Translations under genes and position numbers: made by a program
Shown here: positions 60,366-64,000 of the stretch, in pieces
How positions within the stretch are numbered: position 1 is the first letter of the stretch
Layout: every line of letters starts with the position of its first letter
The notes under the pieces: generated by a model
What the model was told of the DNA's origin: nothing
Seen by the model: only the letters and a program-made list of their open reading frames with translations
Database searches by the model: none
Assembly (NCBI RefSeq): GCF_009914755.1
Contig: NC_060936.1
DNA from: the human T2T-CHM13v2.0 reference genome, Homo sapiens
Length of the DNA stretch: 64,000 nt
Reading direction: 5' to 3' (one strand)

Positions 60366-63300
60366 ATCACACTTCCCAAGTCCAGTTGTTCTAATACTAA
60401 TCTAGACTGATCTGTTCCTTCCCATCCCACTTGTGCCTCTGGTTCAGGCCACCCCCACCTCTCATGGACATCCACAGTGACTCTCAAGCTGGTACCCTGC
60501 CTCCAGACTCTACTCTGTCCTCTCACACTACTCACTAAGTCTCGTTTTCATGAAGCCTGTGCCTCCTCAAAGTGCTGGGGCAAAGAACCCACTGCCTCAC
60601 TCTAAAAGCCTTAAAGAGCTCTCTTTCTCCTAATCACTTCTCACACTGTTCCTTCTTCTTGGGCTAGCCTCCTTCTACCCTCTGCCTGATAAAATCCTAC
60701 TCACCTCCTTTGATGTTTCCCTCACCCTCCAAGTTAGAATCTTCCTCCAGACCCTCACAGCATGGACTTAATTATATCCTAATTCTATTTAGGACTGTTT
60801 CCAGAATAGACTCGGAACTAAAGTTTTTTTTTTTTTTTTTTTTTGAGGACCAAATAAATAGGGTCAGATTGCTCCATTCAGGAGCATTTACTCATTTACT
60901 CACCTATCTATCCATTTCTCCAAAATATATTTCTCAGGTGGCTTCTATGTGCTAAACACTTTCGGATAGGTGGTGATATAATAGCAAACAATAGAAGTGT
61001 GGTCCCTGCCCCCTGGGAGTTTATGTTTAGAGGTTAAGGTTCTTGATGAGCAAACTGACAGTAACAATATAGTGTGAGGAGTGCTAGGTTGGAAGAAGGG
61101 TCAGAGTATCATGGGAGCATGAAGGAGAGGGGAGAAAAGGTATTCCAAGTAGAGGCAAGAGAGAGCATGTTATTTTTAGGAAACTTAAAAGTATATATCC
61201 CAGAGACTTTTGATTAATTCCTTCCCCAAAGTTTCCTCTCTCTATGGAACTACACCTACTTAGAGAAGGATTGAGCGGATGCTTAAGAAACTGGAAGGAC
61301 TTGCTATCTTGTGTACTAGTCAATAAACTCAGTGGCCCTCTGTCAGGGACAGCTAAGGAAATTGGATTCTTCAAAGTATTGAAAAGCTGGGTTGTTGATA
61401 AATGGCATTAGATCAAGCTTTGATTTCACTTTGGGTACACAGCTAGAGAGCCCTCTTCTGTGGAAATTTAGATTTGAGATCGCCGTATTTGTTTATATAG
61501 ATGCGCCTCAAACTGTATTTTGTTTTCTGCTTTGAGGAGGAAGAATGTGATCAGGCTCCCACCTCCCTCCCATTTTCTTTCCATAGTGGGTTGTTGTAGT
61601 TCCTGCTTAGAAGGCTCAGAAAAAGTACGTGTAGTGAAAAGAATGACTTTGTTCACTGAACATTAAAAGGGAAGAGAATTTAAGTACCATTCGCAGCTCT
61701 TCATGCAGCTCTCAGGAGTTCTTCAAAGATTGGGATTATTGGGCAACCATCCTGAGTCTCCTTTCTCCCTAAAGAAAGAGCCATTTACCCAAATAATCCT
61801 GCCCAAATATCCCTGTCATCACCAGGGAGACACACACGAGTCTGCTAGTGATAATATCCTAACTTCTGAAATAAACAGGGAAATTATACAAATAAAACAG
61901 TTCTGCATTATGAAGCAGAAACCATTTGGATGAAATGTTTCTCAAAGTGTAGCAACATTTCAAATAAGGAGACAGACTCAAAGGGAATAAGGGATGGGAG
62001 GGAAGAGTGTGAAAGAAAGATGTCTAGGATCTTCTCATAGTTCTCATCCAGCTAGTGAGTGTGCCTGGCTTTCTTTGAAGCAATGTGGAGGCCTCAAGTT
62101 ATGGCAGGTGTGATAGACAAGGCCACAGGAATATCATAAATGGCTTCAGATATTTCTGTGCAATGTGTTCAAGAGCCATAAACGTAGCTTCTTAGAAATA
62201 CAAATGTGAAACAGGTTCTCTTCAGATGATTTTAAGCTTTGAAGATTTTGGCACATTCCAGCTTTGTTCTCAGATATCTCCATGGGGCATTAAAAATGTC
62301 ATCCTATATAAGACTATGTATGATATTTTTCTCAAGTACCACTTTTGAAATACTCCATTGCTAAATTAGACTGGATCTGGGCATGTAATGTGGGTCATGG
62401 TCTTGGAGAAAAGAAACCCAATTTCCTAACAACATGTATGATTATATAGGCATATTATATTATAAAGCACAAACTATTTACCCATGCTAGAAACCTAAAT
62501 ATTAGGAAATCTATTACGGTAGGCTTCTTAAATTTTCATTGAACAATAGTGTAAATTGTAAAACAATTATGTAAATCTTATAAAATGTATTTGCCATGTT
62601 TCTTTTTTTAAAAAAGTCAACTCAGCACATGGTTTTCATGCCCAGTTAATTTTTATTTCTATTTTAAAATTATCGCTTGACTTATATATCCCATCTACTT
62701 TCCAAAAAGTTTTGAAGTAGTTTATAATAAAAACAGAAAAATCAATTTCGTAAAAAGGACCAAAACCAGAAAGAAAGAAAGAAAGAAAGAAAGAAAAGGT
62801 GAGGAAAATTAAATGAAACAATGGTTAGCTTTAAAAATTTATTAAAATCTTATTAATATGTGAAATTTTATGTGACCCAGTTATTTTTTTGGGTTTCCAG
62901 CATATCGTTGATCAGACAATGTAAATATTACCAGGTTTGACTTGTTGAGAATCAAGGCCAGTCAAGTACCTGGGACTCTTTAACAAATAAATGTCCCACT
63001 TTGGATGGACACTTCTCCATTTTTCAGCTGTGAAAAAGGAACAGTATTATGTGTGCTCGGTGGCACAAAGCTAAAATTAATTCATTGCACATAACCTTTT
63101 GGCATCCTTCGATACAAGGACTAGGGAATACAAGGTAGTACAGATAATGAGTTATGACTCACTAGGAAAACAGTCACTCTGCTTATCTGTAGCTACGTCT
63201 AGTTCCATGTCCACATTTCTAAATATATTTTATTGACTGTACTTATTAATTGTTTTTTTAAATGGGGAAAGAAAGGGAAATGAAATAAATTTCAGGTACC

Positions 63301-64000
63301 TAAAATTAAACCTGATATATGGCCAATTTTGGTTGGGTTTACGGCAATGTCATGATAAGAGGCTGGTTAAAGGATTCCATTCCAACAGATTTCCACAAGG
63401 TAAGATCTAGCCTGTCTGTCCATTTTCTCCCCAAATTTGTAGGCTTGCTACGCTCCCTCATGACCTGGCAAAGTTGGCAAAGTTTAGAAACCTTAACTTT
63501 CTTTAAGGAAAACTGGCTCCTTTCCTCCTTGGGAGCATGGCAGGCAGTGCCAAACTGATCAGTCTATTTAACATGACATTGGGCTGCAATTCTTTAATGG
63601 CATCTAAAGCAAAACGTTAAGCTCCTACTCTGTCCCATCGGGCCACCGAAGGGTTCTAAAACCTCGTTTATGATGTCATTTTAAGTATTCCCTCCTTCAG
63701 CAATGACAATAAAAGTTAACTATTAAACTCATGTTTTCAACTTCCCACCATGGGTTCCCTGCAACACAAAACCAGCAAATTAAATCATTGAGATACTAGG
63801 ATACTTAATGAAATAAAAGCGAATTCCTCATAAATGGCCCTAACTGTAGAACATCTGGCCTGCCCAGCTGCATTTTCTCTACATCAGTTGAGGATGTAAC
63901 AAAGATAACCGACCCTTAGTCTTTCCAAATAACAAAAGCCTAGTTATTCTGAGGGCAGCTAAACCGAGTGGGATAGGATGGACACTTCAGCCCTGCCACA

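Noticed and set aside
61400-64000. Next RFX4 exon (expected to start GAMQSYTWSL) or another gene
   Set aside because: No matching frame with splice sites was found; exon 16 presumably lies beyond the window

Overview
Primate (human-like) genomic DNA covering the middle of the RFX4 gene (regulatory factor X4, winged-helix transcription factor) on the + strand. Eleven internal coding exons (5656-56746; about exons 5-15 of the long isoform, numbering from memory) splice through GT-AG introns into one open frame of 1318 nt, running from the end of the DNA-binding domain through the dimerization region to the Pro/Ser-rich segment. Also present: an internal alternative first coding exon (8480-8574) that appears exapted from an L3/CR1 LINE, and a read-through C-terminus after exon 15. 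Introns carry about 26 Alus plus L1, L2, MIR, L3, MLT1 and MER elements; repeat boundaries and subfamilies are by eye. I see no prokaryote-type or wholly new biological system. The best leads are: a compound insertion (Alu + unique segment + ~255 bp inverted copy of local DNA) in an old L1; a retroposed 5' tRNA-Glu fragment; a 23 bp inverted repeat at the internal promoter; a candidate extra exon or promoter in intron 10; and an exon 11 acceptor with no pyrimidine tract.
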